In this document: positions 20,281 to 28,923 of the stretch, piece after piece
Layout of the letters: every line of letters begins with the position of its first letter
How positions within the stretch are numbered: position 1 is the first letter of the stretch
Assembly (NCBI GenBank): GCA_964477595.1
Contig: CAYZGF010000001.1
Coordinates: forward strand, 1 to 38,798
Direction: 5' to 3'
Source: an uncultured Algimonas sp.
Lineage (GTDB): Bacteria; Pseudomonadota; Alphaproteobacteria; Caulobacterales; Maricaulaceae
DNA length: 38,798 bases
The notes under the pieces: model-generated
Databases searched by the model: none
Told to the model about the DNA's origin: nothing
Seen by the model: only the letters and a program-made list of their open reading frames with translations
Made by a program: the position numbers and the translations under genes

Positions 20281-20347
20281 GTTTTCCCCTTAATCTCTGC
20301 CCGCAGGTCAAGCCTGCAGAGTCGTTAACTCTCCTTTGCAGCCATTA

Positions 20348-20361
20348 TGACAGCGGTGTCA
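20348..20361. promoter_or_regulatory. LacI-type operator TGACAGCGGTGTCA upstream of the SSS transporter
   Basis: 13/14 match to the zwf palindrome; reads TTGACACCGCTGTCATAA on the minus strand. Confidence 0.82.
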
Positions 20362-20407
20362 ATTGCTTCGAAATCATTATTTTGAATCTTCCCGGGATGA
20401 GAGCGAT

Positions 20408-20421
20408 TGACAACGCTGTCA
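20408..20421. promoter_or_regulatory. LacI-type operator TGACAACGCTGTCA upstream of xylB
   Basis: 13/14 match to the zwf palindrome; overlaps TTGACA at 20407-20412 on the plus strand. Confidence 0.82.
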
Positions 20422-20473
20422 TTTATTGCCAACCACACGAAAACCGGGGGTCACATCCGGCAGGGGAAATGGC

Positions 20474-21922
20474 ATGTATCTTGGCATCGACATTGGCACA
20501 TCAGGTGTGAAAGCGGTTATCACCGATGATACGCAATCGGTGGTCGATCAAGCCTCAGCATCCCTAACCGTCTCCCGCCCCCAAGCTCTCTGGTCAGAAC
20601 AAGACCCCGCGAGTTGGTGGAAAGCAACGGATGAAGCGGTCCGCAAACTCGACCCGAAACACCGCGCAGCTATTCGCGCGATTGGTCTGTCCGGGCAAAT
20701 GCATGGCGCGACGTGTTTGGATAAAGACGATCAAATCATCCGTCCTGCTATCCTCTGGAATGACGGCCGAAGCGGGGCGTCATGTCAGGTCATGATGGAC
20801 GACTTACCCGATCTGACGAACATAACGGGTAATTTGGCGATGCCCGGCTTTACGGCGCCAAAGCTTCACTGGATGAAAACCTATGAGCCGGATAATTTTA
20901 AACGGGTCGCCAAAGTTCTCCTCCCGAAAGATTATGTTCGTCTCCGCATGAGCGGAAACTATGCGTCCGATATGTCCGATAGCGCAGGAACGCTTTGGAT
21001 GAATGTCGCAAAGCGCGATTGGTCAGATGAGGTTTTGGCGCTGACGGATTTATCCCGCGATCATATGCCGAAACTATATGAAGGGTCAGACGCCACAGGC
21101 ACGCTTTTGCCAAAAATCGCAAATGACTGGGGTATGTCAGTCGTACCAATCGCGGCGGGCGGTGGAGATAATGCCGCGGGGGCCGTCGGTTCGGGTACAA
21201 TTCAACCCGGCGAAGGGTTCATCTCGCTCGGTACATCGGGTGTCGTTTTTCTAGCTGATGAAGCCTACCGCTCAAATACAGACGGCGCGGTCCATACATT
21301 CTGCCATGCCTTGCCAAATTTGTGGCACCGCATGAGCGTGATCCTGTCTGCGGCCAGCGCCGTTGATTTCGTTGCCCGTGTCACGCGATTTGAATCCGAA
21401 TCCAGCTTGTACGAAGAAACCGCCAAAGCCCGCACGCTGGGACAAGGCCCAATTTTCCTGCCCTACCTATCCGGTGAGCGTACACCGCATAATGACCCCA
21501 AGGCCAAGGGCGCATTTTTTGGTATGACACATGAGGATACGCCCCTCACCCTCGCCCAAGCGGCGTTGGAAGGGGTTGCATTCGCCTTGGCAGACGGCGT
21601 TGATGTCTTGCGGGAAAGCGGGACATCAATTGAGAGTTTATCCGTTATCGGCGGCGGGTCTCAATCTGATTGGTGGGGCGAAATCATCGCTTCCGCGATC
21701 GATATGCCCCTCACCTACCGGGAGGCCAGCGCCGTTGGTCCGGCCTTTGGCGCGGCGCGCTTGGCGCGTCTTTGCTTGGGTGAAGACACAATTGAAGATG
21801 TTTGCACACCGCCGGCGATTTCTCATGTGATAGATCCCAATGCGGATATGCGCGATCTTTATGCGGAGCGGCGCAACGTTTTCACAAAATTATATAATAC
21901 GACGAAGGAATTGAACTCATGA
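20474..21922 (+). CDS. xylB: Xylulokinase
   Basis: MYLGIDIGTSGVK, SGQMHG, LWNDGR, GFTAPKL, GGGDNAA, PYLSGERTP; coupled to xylA (ATGA overlap). Confidence 0.95.
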   Translation: MYLGIDIGTSGVKAVITDDTQSVVDQASASLTVSRPQALWSEQDPASWWKATDEAVRKLDPKHRAAIRAIGLSGQMHGATCLDKDDQIIRPAILWNDGRSGASCQVMMDDLPDLTNITGNLAMPGFTAPKLHWMKTYEPDNFKRVAKVLLPKDYVRLRMSGNYASDMSDSAGTLWMNVAKRDWSDEVLALTDLSRDHMPKLYEGSDATGTLLPKIANDWGMSVVPIAAGGGDNAAGAVGSGTIQPGEGFISLGTSGVVFLADEAYRSNTDGAVHTFCHALPNLWHRMSVILSAASAVDFVARVTRFESESSLYEETAKARTLGQGPIFLPYLSGERTPHNDPKAKGAFFGMTHEDTPLTLAQAALEGVAFALADGVDVLRESGTSIESLSVIGGGSQSDWWGEIIASAIDMPLTYREASAVGPAFGAARLARLCLGEDTIEDVCTPPAISHVIDPNADMRDLYAERRNVFTKLYNTTKELNS

Positions 21923-23238
21923 GCGGATATTTCGACCATATTGACCCCATTAAATATGAAGGTCCCGACAGCCAAAATCCGATGGCATTTAAATATTACG
22001 ACCCCAAAAAAGTCATCATGGGGAAGTCTCTGGAAGAACATCTACGCGTCGCCGTTTGCTATTGGCACACCTTCTGTTGGGACGGCGCGGACGTTTTTGG
22101 CGGCGGTCCATTCAACCGCCCGTGGCATGCCCGCAAAAAGAACGATCAGAAAGCGGCAGAAGCTAAATTAGATGCGGCTTTCGATTTCTTTGACCGTTTG
22201 GGCCAGCCCTTTTTCTGCTTCCATGACGTTGACATTATGGCCGATGCAGAGACGCCAAAAGAGCACGTCAAAAACTTGGCTAAAATCGTCGATAAAGTCG
22301 AAGCCAAAATGGAAAAGCACGGAACGAAGCTCCTTTGGGGTACGGCGAATAACTTCTCCCACCCCCGCTATATTGCGGGCGCATCAACCAACCCAAATCC
22401 TGACGTTGCGGCCTTTGCAGCCCTGCAAGTCAAACACTGCTTGGAAGCCACGCACCGTCTCGGCGGATCGGGCTATGTCCTTTGGGGCGGTCGCGAAGGC
22501 TATGACACAATTCTGAACACAAATGTCGGACAAGAGATGGAGCAACTCGGTCGTTTCCTCGCCATGGTTGTCGAACATAAACATAAGATCGGCTTCAAAG
22601 GTGATATCTGGATTGAACCCAAGCCGCATGAACCCACAAAACATCAATATGACCGCGATGTCGGCACCGTCTATGGCTTCTTGAAGCAATATGGATTGGA
22701 GAAAGAGGTCGGCGTCAATATTGAACCCAACCATGCCACCCTCGCCGGAAACAGCTTTGAACATGAAGTCGAGATGGCGAATGCCTTTGGGATTTTCGGG
22801 TCTATCGATTTCAACCGCGGCGATCCGCAAAATGGCTGGGACACAGACCAATTCCCCAATGATCTGCGCGAAACGACGCTGGCCATGTATTACATTCTGA
22901 AAGGCGGCGGCTTCAAAAATGGCGGCTCAAATTTTGACGCTAAGGTCAGACGTCAATCCTGCGATGCGGATGATCTCTTCCACGGTCATATTGGCGGCAT
23001 GGACCTTCTCGCCCGCGCGTTAATCAATGCCGCGGACATGATCGAAACGGACACGCTGCAAGCCTTTAAAGATAAAAGATATGCAGGCTGGAAAAATGGC
23101 GTTGGCGCAGACATGCTCGCCGGGAAAGCCAGCCTGGACGATGTCGCCGCAGATGCCTTAAAGCGGAACACGTCACCGGCCCCTGTTTCAGGGCGTCAGG
23201 AAATGTTGGAGAACTATATTTCCAACGCGGTTAAGTAA
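21919..23238 (+). CDS. xylA: Xylose isomerase (class II)
   Basis: CYWHTF, FHDVD, WGGREGY, IEPKPHEPTKHQY, EPNHATLAG, GWDTDQFP. Confidence 0.97.
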   Translation: MSGYFDHIDPIKYEGPDSQNPMAFKYYDPKKVIMGKSLEEHLRVAVCYWHTFCWDGADVFGGGPFNRPWHARKKNDQKAAEAKLDAAFDFFDRLGQPFFCFHDVDIMADAETPKEHVKNLAKIVDKVEAKMEKHGTKLLWGTANNFSHPRYIAGASTNPNPDVAAFAALQVKHCLEATHRLGGSGYVLWGGREGYDTILNTNVGQEMEQLGRFLAMVVEHKHKIGFKGDIWIEPKPHEPTKHQYDRDVGTVYGFLKQYGLEKEVGVNIEPNHATLAGNSFEHEVEMANAFGIFGSIDFNRGDPQNGWDTDQFPNDLRETTLAMYYILKGGGFKNGGSNFDAKVRRQSCDADDLFHGHIGGMDLLARALINAADMIETDTLQAFKDKRYAGWKNGVGADMLAGKASLDDVAADALKRNTSPAPVSGRQEMLENYISNAVK

Positions 23239-23255
23239 AAAGCTTACAATTTGAA

Positions 23256-23273
23256 CTGTCACTGAATTTTCAC
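23256..23273 (+). promoter_or_regulatory. Putative Pho box (PhoB site) CTGTCAC-TGAA-TTTTCAC
   Basis: Two 7-bp direct units at 11-bp period resembling CTGTCAT, about 105 bp upstream of phoU. Confidence 0.7.
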
Positions 23274-23377
23274 AAAACTTTAGACTGCGCGTCATGTGAG
23301 TCAGACATAGCGCGTATTCTCGCAAATGATTTTCAGATTGCGGGAATCATGTCATGAAGACACGAGTTTAAGGTAGA

Positions 23378-24103
23378 ATGAGAATGATCAGTAACAGCAC
23401 CCATATTGTATCCGGATATGACGCGGAGCTTTCACGCCTCACAAATGATCTGACCGACCTCGGCACACTCGTCAGCGAGATGGTCGAGGACGCCATGCAG
23501 GCGTTCAAAAAACGCGACAGCATAAAAGCCCAACAAGTCATCGACCGCGATCAAGACGCCAATGCGCTGCAGTTCAAAATCGATGAGGCTGTTCAACGTA
23601 TCATCGCGCTTCGTAACCCGGTAGCGCAAGACCTTCGCAGCATCATCAGCGCAACACGCATTGCCTCTGACCTGGAACGCGTTGGCGATTTATCGGAAGG
23701 CATTGCCCGCCGCGCCATGATCATCAATGAAGAGAAACGGATTGATATCGCGAAATCTGTCTACCGCATGGGCAAGCAGGTACGAAAGCAACTCGCCGGA
23801 GCTCTGGACTCACTTCTGAAAGGCGACGCCATTGCCGCCCTTCATTATTGGCAGGCCGATAGTGACTTAGATGATCTTTATGACGCGATCTTTAGAGAGC
23901 TTGTCACGGTTATGATGGGCGATCCCCGCACCATTCCGGCCTGTACAGAGCTTCTCTTTGTCGCGAAAAACTTGGAACGTATCGGGGACCACGCCACAAA
24001 TATTTGCGAGGCCGTTTACTTCACGGTCAAAGCCACGCAGCTAACAAGTGATCCCGCTTTGGATAGCTTTCGCCAAGACGGGGACATCAGCGAGTCGCGC
24101 TAA
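23378..24103 (+). CDS. phoU: Phosphate signalling complex protein PhoU
   Basis: HIVSGYDAEL, PVAQDLR, DLERVGD, NLERIGDHATNICE duplicated PhoU repeats. Confidence 0.94.
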   Translation: MRMISNSTHIVSGYDAELSRLTNDLTDLGTLVSEMVEDAMQAFKKRDSIKAQQVIDRDQDANALQFKIDEAVQRIIALRNPVAQDLRSIISATRIASDLERVGDLSEGIARRAMIINEEKRIDIAKSVYRMGKQVRKQLAGALDSLLKGDAIAALHYWQADSDLDDLYDAIFRELVTVMMGDPRTIPACTELLFVAKNLERIGDHATNICEAVYFTVKATQLTSDPALDSFRQDGDISESR

Positions 24104-24651
24104 AGCACGAAGCCGACAAGCACGAAGACGACCATACCGATCACCACCGCGATAACGGTCTGACGCCGATAGGCTTTCGCCATTAAACCAACGAGAATTC
24201 CGCCCAACACAACACCCAATAACAAAACGGCAACAAGCTTTTGGTAGCTTTTAAATATCTGCGGGCCATGTCCTTTGTGAAGCTCCATCATGGACCGCAC
24301 CGTGTCAGGCTTGACCCGTGTTGCGGATAATCCTTGTGGGGTTTGTTTGAATTCTAAATAGGTCTCTGAGGTAGGGCGTAATTGAATGACCGTGCCGCGA
24401 TTGCGGATATATTCGAATTCATGATTCAAATTTGCGGTTTTCAGCAAGGCCCGCACGTCCTCTTCCAAGGTAGCGCTTTCAAAATCCAATTCAGCCCCAG
24501 TCGGCAACGCTACGCGCTCTGTCGCGGCAGTCCCCTTAATATTCATCAAATAAAGACCGCCGGATATTGCATGTAAGGCAAAGGCAGGCGCCATGAGTCC
24601 GGCCAACCATAGATGCGCCAGAATCAGATATTTGCGGAATTTGGGGGACAT
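24100..24651 (-). CDS. PepSY-associated TM helix-like membrane protein
   Basis: N-terminal AHLWLAG...ISGGLYL helix, soluble domain, then MELHKGHG and two C-terminal TM helices. Confidence 0.7.
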   Translation of the reverse strand: MSPKFRKYLILAHLWLAGLMAPAFALHAISGGLYLMNIKGTAATERVALPTGAELDFESATLEEDVRALLKTANLNHEFEYIRNRGTVIQLRPTSETYLEFKQTPQGLSATRVKPDTVRSMMELHKGHGPQIFKSYQKLVAVLLLGVVLGGILVGLMAKAYRRQTVIAVVIGMVVFVLVGFVL

Positions 24652-24676
24652 ATCGTCAGCCTTGGAAGACAGTTGT

Positions 24677-24717
24677 TAAGAATGGTTCGCAATAACGAGC
24701 ACAGCGCACAAGGTCAA
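24677..24717 (-). promoter_or_regulatory. Sigma70-like promoter (TTGACC-N17-TATTGC) overlapped by a Fur-like 7-1-7 box (TGCGAAC-C-ATTCTTA)
   Basis: -35 at 24712-24717, -10 at 24689-24694, box at 24677-24691, directly upstream of the PepSY-TM-like gene. Confidence 0.55.
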
Positions 24718-24730
24718 CCAGCCATTTATA

Positions 24731-25210
24731 TCATTTAGGCGCAACCCAATGACCGCTCTTGCCGCCTTGCTTTTCCAACAGTGCAATATCGGTTATCCGC
24801 ATGGCCTTGTCGGACGCTTTCAACATGTCATAAATCGTCAAACAAGCGACAGACACGGCTGTCAGCGCTTCCATCTCCACACCCGTCACACCGGAGGTTC
24901 TGACTTCGGCGGTGACGTTGACACCGGGCAAATCGGAGTCAGGCGTGATCTGCACTTTGACTTTAGAGAGCGGTAGCGGGTGACAAAGCGGTACGAGGTC
25001 GGAGGTTTTTTTCGCGGCCATAATCCCGGCCAGCTCTGCTGTCGTTTCAACATTGCCTTTCGGGTTATCGCCGGATTGCAAACTCGCAAATGTATTTTCA
25101 GACATGATGACCGCACCCGCCGCGACCGCCCGTCGCGACGTCACAGCCTTATCAGACACGTCCACCATCGACACCCGACCGGCTTCATCAAGATGGGTAA
25201 GTTTCGTCAT
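24731..25210 (-). CDS. moaC: Cyclic pyranopterin monophosphate synthase
   Basis: LTHLD...[34 protein letters not shown]. Confidence 0.96.
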   Translation of the reverse strand: MTKLTHLDEAGRVSMVDVSDKAVTSRRAVAAGAVIMSENTFASLQSGDNPKGNVETTAELAGIMAAKKTSDLVPLCHPLPLSKVKVQITPDSDLPGVNVTAEVRTSGVTGVEMEALTAVSVACLTIYDMLKASDKAMRITDIALLEKQGGKSGHWVAPK

Positions 25211-25734
25211 TCTTTTAGCCTCGGAATTAGGTCCACCAAAGAGGTTGGACGGTAGCGACTATCCAATGCGCCGCAGATGATGTCATCCCAAGCCTGCGTC
25301 ACAGCCCCTGTCGACCCCGGCAGACAAAATATAAATGTTCCGTCCATAACGCCCGCACAGGCGCGGGATTGGAGTGTTGCGAGGCCAATCGACTTTGCAC
25401 TCATTTGATGAAACAGAACTGAAAAGCCCTCCAATGTCTTTTCAAATAAGGGAGCTACAGCCTCAACCGTAACATCCCGTCCCGTCAGACCCGTCCCGCC
25501 CGTCGTGAGAATAACTTGAATATCGGGATCAGAAACCCAAGCCCGCACTTGGTTAGACACAGCATCCGCCTCGTCTTTTACGATTGCCCTATCTTTGAGA
25601 CGATGACCCGCAGTCGTAATCCGGTCTGCGAGCGTGTTCCCGCTTTTATCAGTCTTGTCATCGCGCGTATCTGACACGGTCAAAACGGCGAAAGTCAAAG
25701 GCTGGAACATCAATGTTTCATCAATACCGATCAT
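25207..25734 (-). CDS. moaB: Molybdenum cofactor biosynthesis protein B (MoaB/MogA family)
   Basis: [32 protein letters not shown]; ATG 25734 overlaps the moaE stop. Confidence 0.9.
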   Translation of the reverse strand: MIGIDETLMFQPLTFAVLTVSDTRDDKTDKSGNTLADRITTAGHRLKDRAIVKDEADAVSNQVRAWVSDPDIQVILTTGGTGLTGRDVTVEAVAPLFEKTLEGFSVLFHQMSAKSIGLATLQSRACAGVMDGTFIFCLPGSTGAVTQAWDDIICGALDSRYRPTSLVDLIPRLKE

Positions 25735-26171
25735 GATGACCACCGGGTCAGGTCGGTCCGATCCTGTGCGCGCGGCTCAATCCAGCGGGTTTCGCCATCA
25801 CTCGTTTCTTGTTTCCAAAACGGTGCATCGCATTTCAGCCTATCCATTAGATAGTCACAGGCTTCGAAAGCGTCTCGGCGATGGGCGGACGCCGCGGCCA
25901 CAAAAACGATAGGCTCACTCACCTGCATCTTTCCGACGCGGTGTAGAATTGATGTCCCTTGCAAGTCCCATCGCGCGCTCGCGTCTTTTACAAAACCTTC
26001 AATCTGAATTTCGGTAAAACCCGGATAATGGGACAAAGTGAGTGACTCGGTCTGTCCATCATCGCGGACAATACCTGTAAAAGACGCAATCGCCCCGGCA
26101 TTTGGCATTTTACGCCGAAACGCCAGCAACTCATCCTCCGGATCAATTGATATCTTTGATATTCGGATCAT
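25731..26171 (-). CDS. moaE: Molybdopterin synthase catalytic subunit
   Basis: GAIASFTGIVR, HYPG, HRVG, HRRDAFEA, LKCDAPFWKQE. Confidence 0.95.
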   Translation of the reverse strand: MIRISKISIDPEDELLAFRRKMPNAGAIASFTGIVRDDGQTESLTLSHYPGFTEIQIEGFVKDASARWDLQGTSILHRVGKMQVSEPIVFVAAASAHRRDAFEACDYLMDRLKCDAPFWKQETSDGETRWIEPRAQDRTDLTRWSS

Positions 26172-26413
26172 CCGCCCGATAGTGCCGACATATAGGCGAT
26201 TTCGTCCGCATTCGTCACAGGCACCGGGTTCATCGACACCATCATATTGACCGAAATGCGCGTATCGGGTTTGGCGGCTATCTCCGCAAAGCCTTCTATT
26301 TGACCAGACAGGAACGCGGTCAGGCTGTCCTTATCGGTCACCGTGTCGGGAAGCTCGATCTCCAAACGCTCAGACAGGTCCGAAAAACGACCAAAAAACA
26401 AGATCACCGCCAT
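26168..26413 (-). CDS. moaD: Molybdopterin synthase sulfur carrier subunit
   Basis: 81 aa, ILFFG N-terminus, DEIA, C-terminal SGG; between moaA and moaE. Confidence 0.9.
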   Translation of the reverse strand: MAVILFFGRFSDLSERLEIELPDTVTDKDSLTAFLSGQIEGFAEIAAKPDTRISVNMMVSMNPVPVTNADEIAYMSALSGG

Positions 26414-26414
26414 G

Positions 26415-27440
26415 TCAGCCCCCGGTCATCGACATATGTCGCGAGACAGCCGGGGCTGCGCCCGGTGTCTCAATCCGAAAATCATGGGCTTTGGGCTTGC
26501 GCGTCATCGCTTCCGTTAAAGCTGCGTCCAAATCGCCCCCTGTCCGCAAAACATGACGTAAATCGGCATCATCATCCTGTCCCAAACACATAAATAGCTT
26601 TCCCGTGCATGTCAGGCGAACCCGGTTGCAGCCACCGCAAAAATTATTGGACAAAGGCGTAATAAAGCCAAGCCGTCCACCCGTTTCCGCGACCTGCCAA
26701 TATTGCGACGGCCCACCCGTCCGATATGTGTCCGCCGTGAGTGTGAACTGTTTGTCCAGATCAGACCGGACAACCGAGAGCGGGATATATTGATCAAAGC
26801 GGTCTGCCTCGATCTCGCCCAGCGGCATGGCCTCAATCAGGGTCACATCAATATCGCGGCGGTGCGCCCATTTTATGATATCCGGAATTTCACTGGCGTT
26901 ATCATTTTTCAAGACCACCACATTAAGTTTGACCTTGAGGCCATGTGATTGTGCGGCCGCAATTCCGTCCAGAACGTGAGCCAGCTTTCCGCCTCGTGTG
27001 ATCCGCGAAAATGTCTCGGGGTTCAGACTGTCGAGTGACAAATTAATCCGCTTCACGCCAAATTTGGCGAGTTGCTCCGCGTGTTTTGCGAGTTGCGTTC
27101 CATTTGTGGTCAGGGTCAATTCCTCCAGACCGTGGCCTAGAAAACCGGACAGGCGCGACATGATATCCATGATGTTGCGCCGGACAAGCGGCTCCCCGCC
27201 CGTCACCCGAATCTTGGTCACGCCGCGCGCAATAAAGGCGCGGGCAACCTCTTCCAATTCATCAGCATCCAGAAGGTCAGACTTTGGCAGAAACGTCATT
27301 TTTTCTGCCATGCAATAGGTGCAGCGCAGGTCACATCTATCTGTTACAGAAAGACGCAAATAGGTGACCGTCCGCCCGAAAGAATCGACAAGCGGCGCAG
27401 CGATATTCCGATCTATATTTTGTGCTGACGACGCAGTCAT
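26415..27440 (-). CDS. moaA: GTP 3',8-cyclase
   Basis: YLRLSVTDRCDLRCTYCM, TGGEPL, FCGGCNRVRLT, MSMTGG C-terminus. Confidence 0.97.
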   Translation of the reverse strand: MTASSAQNIDRNIAAPLVDSFGRTVTYLRLSVTDRCDLRCTYCMAEKMTFLPKSDLLDADELEEVARAFIARGVTKIRVTGGEPLVRRNIMDIMSRLSGFLGHGLEELTLTTNGTQLAKHAEQLAKFGVKRINLSLDSLNPETFSRITRGGKLAHVLDGIAAAQSHGLKVKLNVVVLKNDNASEIPDIIKWAHRRDIDVTLIEAMPLGEIEADRFDQYIPLSVVRSDLDKQFTLTADTYRTGGPSQYWQVAETGGRLGFITPLSNNFCGGCNRVRLTCTGKLFMCLGQDDDADLRHVLRTGGDLDAALTEAMTRKPKAHDFRIETPGAAPAVSRHMSMTGG

Positions 27441-28015
27441 ATTTTGCGGGCTCTCATAATCTCTATCACCCTAGCCAAATCCTCAGGCGTGTCCACGTCC
27501 AGTGCCTGTTCCGGCGGCAATTCGACAGTTTGAAGATTTAGCGCGTCAAAGATTTCGCGGGCACCTTTGCGCGGCTCCAGGCTCAAAATTTTATCAATTG
27601 CCTCCCTATTAAACACGGCCGGGGGCATTCGGATAGATTCACAAAGGCTCACAATCGATTGTTTTTGCGCATTTTTTGAAATCATGTTTTTGAGATAGGC
27701 TGAAGAGATCAACGGCATATCCCCCAGCAGTATCAGGCAATATTCCAAATTCGATTTACGGGTAGCTTCCAGTCCCAATCGCAAAGCATGGCCTTGCCCC
27801 GCTTCGGGGTTTTTATTTTTCACAACTCTATATTCGCCTAAAAGAGAGCGATTGGACACGACGCAAATTTCCCCAAACCCGACTTGCTTCGCAGTTTCTA
27901 TGACGTGGGAGATGACTGTCTGCCCACATAGATCTGCCTCTAATTTATCCGCCTCCCCAAAGCGCTGCGACAGTCCACTGGCGAGAATGATGCAAGCTAT
28001 ATCTGCCGGGTTCAC
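27437..28015 (-). CDS. Nucleotidyltransferase, MocA/YgfJ-like (Moco cytidylyltransferase candidate)
   Basis: ILASGLSQRFG, LGDMP, DVDTPEDL; directly downstream of xdhC; MocA versus MobA judged from context only. Confidence 0.78.
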   Translation of the reverse strand: MNPADIACIILASGLSQRFGEADKLEADLCGQTVISHVIETAKQVGFGEICVVSNRSLLGEYRVVKNKNPEAGQGHALRLGLEATRKSNLEYCLILLGDMPLISSAYLKNMISKNAQKQSIVSLCESIRMPPAVFNREAIDKILSLEPRKGAREIFDALNLQTVELPPEQALDVDTPEDLARVIEIMRARKI

Positions 28016-28872
28016 AGCAAATCTGCTTGCTGTGCAGATTGGATAATTTCTGCGAGTATGGAGACGGCCAAAAGCCGCGCATCCCGTTGCGATCCGACCA
28101 AACCTATCGGACCATGGATGCGCGCAATTTCATTTTCCAAGACGCCTTCGGCGCTTAAATTTTGGCACCTGATATCATGTGTGCGTTGGCTGCCCATCGC
28201 CCCGATATAGAATGCTTCCCCGTCTAAGGCCTGCCTCAGAAGGGCCGCCTCCCAATCATGGTCATGGAATAAGCAGACCACCGCGGTTCGGGCATCATCC
28301 TGTATTGCGGGTGGGTTGTCCGGATCGATCAAATGTTGCGCGTCAGGTACACCATCAACATCCGGGGATTGGATCACAACATCAAATCCGCTGCCCCGCG
28401 CCAAGTCAGCCAACGCCAGACAGGCTGCCCCTCGACCTGCAATCCGGAGCTTTATGCGAGGCGCGAGAGACAGGGTAAAATCACCTAACTCTAATTCGGT
28501 GACCTCACGATTGCCTAATCGGGATAAGGCCGAATGAATGGCTGACTTATCCGGGTTTTGAAGAATTGCGATTTCCAACCGCCCGCCACACGGCAAGACA
28601 ATATCGCGGTAAGGCGATCCTTCGCCATAGATAAAGGTTCCGGATTGCCCCGCCCTCGCCCGCGCAATGATGTCCGCATCCACACATCCATTGGAGATAT
28701 AGCCAACAGCCGTATCTTGCGTCACGCACATCATGGCCCCGCGGGCGCGTAGGGTTCCGCCGGTTACATCCGTTAAAATAACCAAAGCCGCGTCGGATTT
28801 CTCTAGGAAATCACGCAATACATCTTCGGCATTGTCAAAAGTCGGTGTCACAAAAGCTAGATTATGCGCCAT
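28012..28872 (-). CDS. xdhC: XdhC/CoxI family Moco-insertion chaperone
   Basis: GYISNGCVDAD, LPCGG, HDHDWE, FYIGAMGS, IHGPIGL, LAVSILAEI; start at ATG 28872. Confidence 0.92.
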   Translation of the reverse strand: MAHNLAFVTPTFDNAEDVLRDFLEKSDAALVILTDVTGGTLRARGAMMCVTQDTAVGYISNGCVDADIIARARAGQSGTFIYGEGSPYRDIVLPCGGRLEIAILQNPDKSAIHSALSRLGNREVTELELGDFTLSLAPRIKLRIAGRGAACLALADLARGSGFDVVIQSPDVDGVPDAQHLIDPDNPPAIQDDARTAVVCLFHDHDWEAALLRQALDGEAFYIGAMGSQRTHDIRCQNLSAEGVLENEIARIHGPIGLVGSQRDARLLAVSILAEIIQSAQQADLL

Positions 28873-28923
28873 ATCGCACAAGGCAATGCTTTATGCCTGC
28901 ATCCTCACAGGTTAAACACGCAT

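Noticed and set aside
20295-20321. Alternative short stems (GCAGG/CCTGC versus CTCTGC/GCAGAG) in the SSS leader
   Set aside because: Only 5-6 bp and they do not sequester the SD; insufficient for a riboswitch claim
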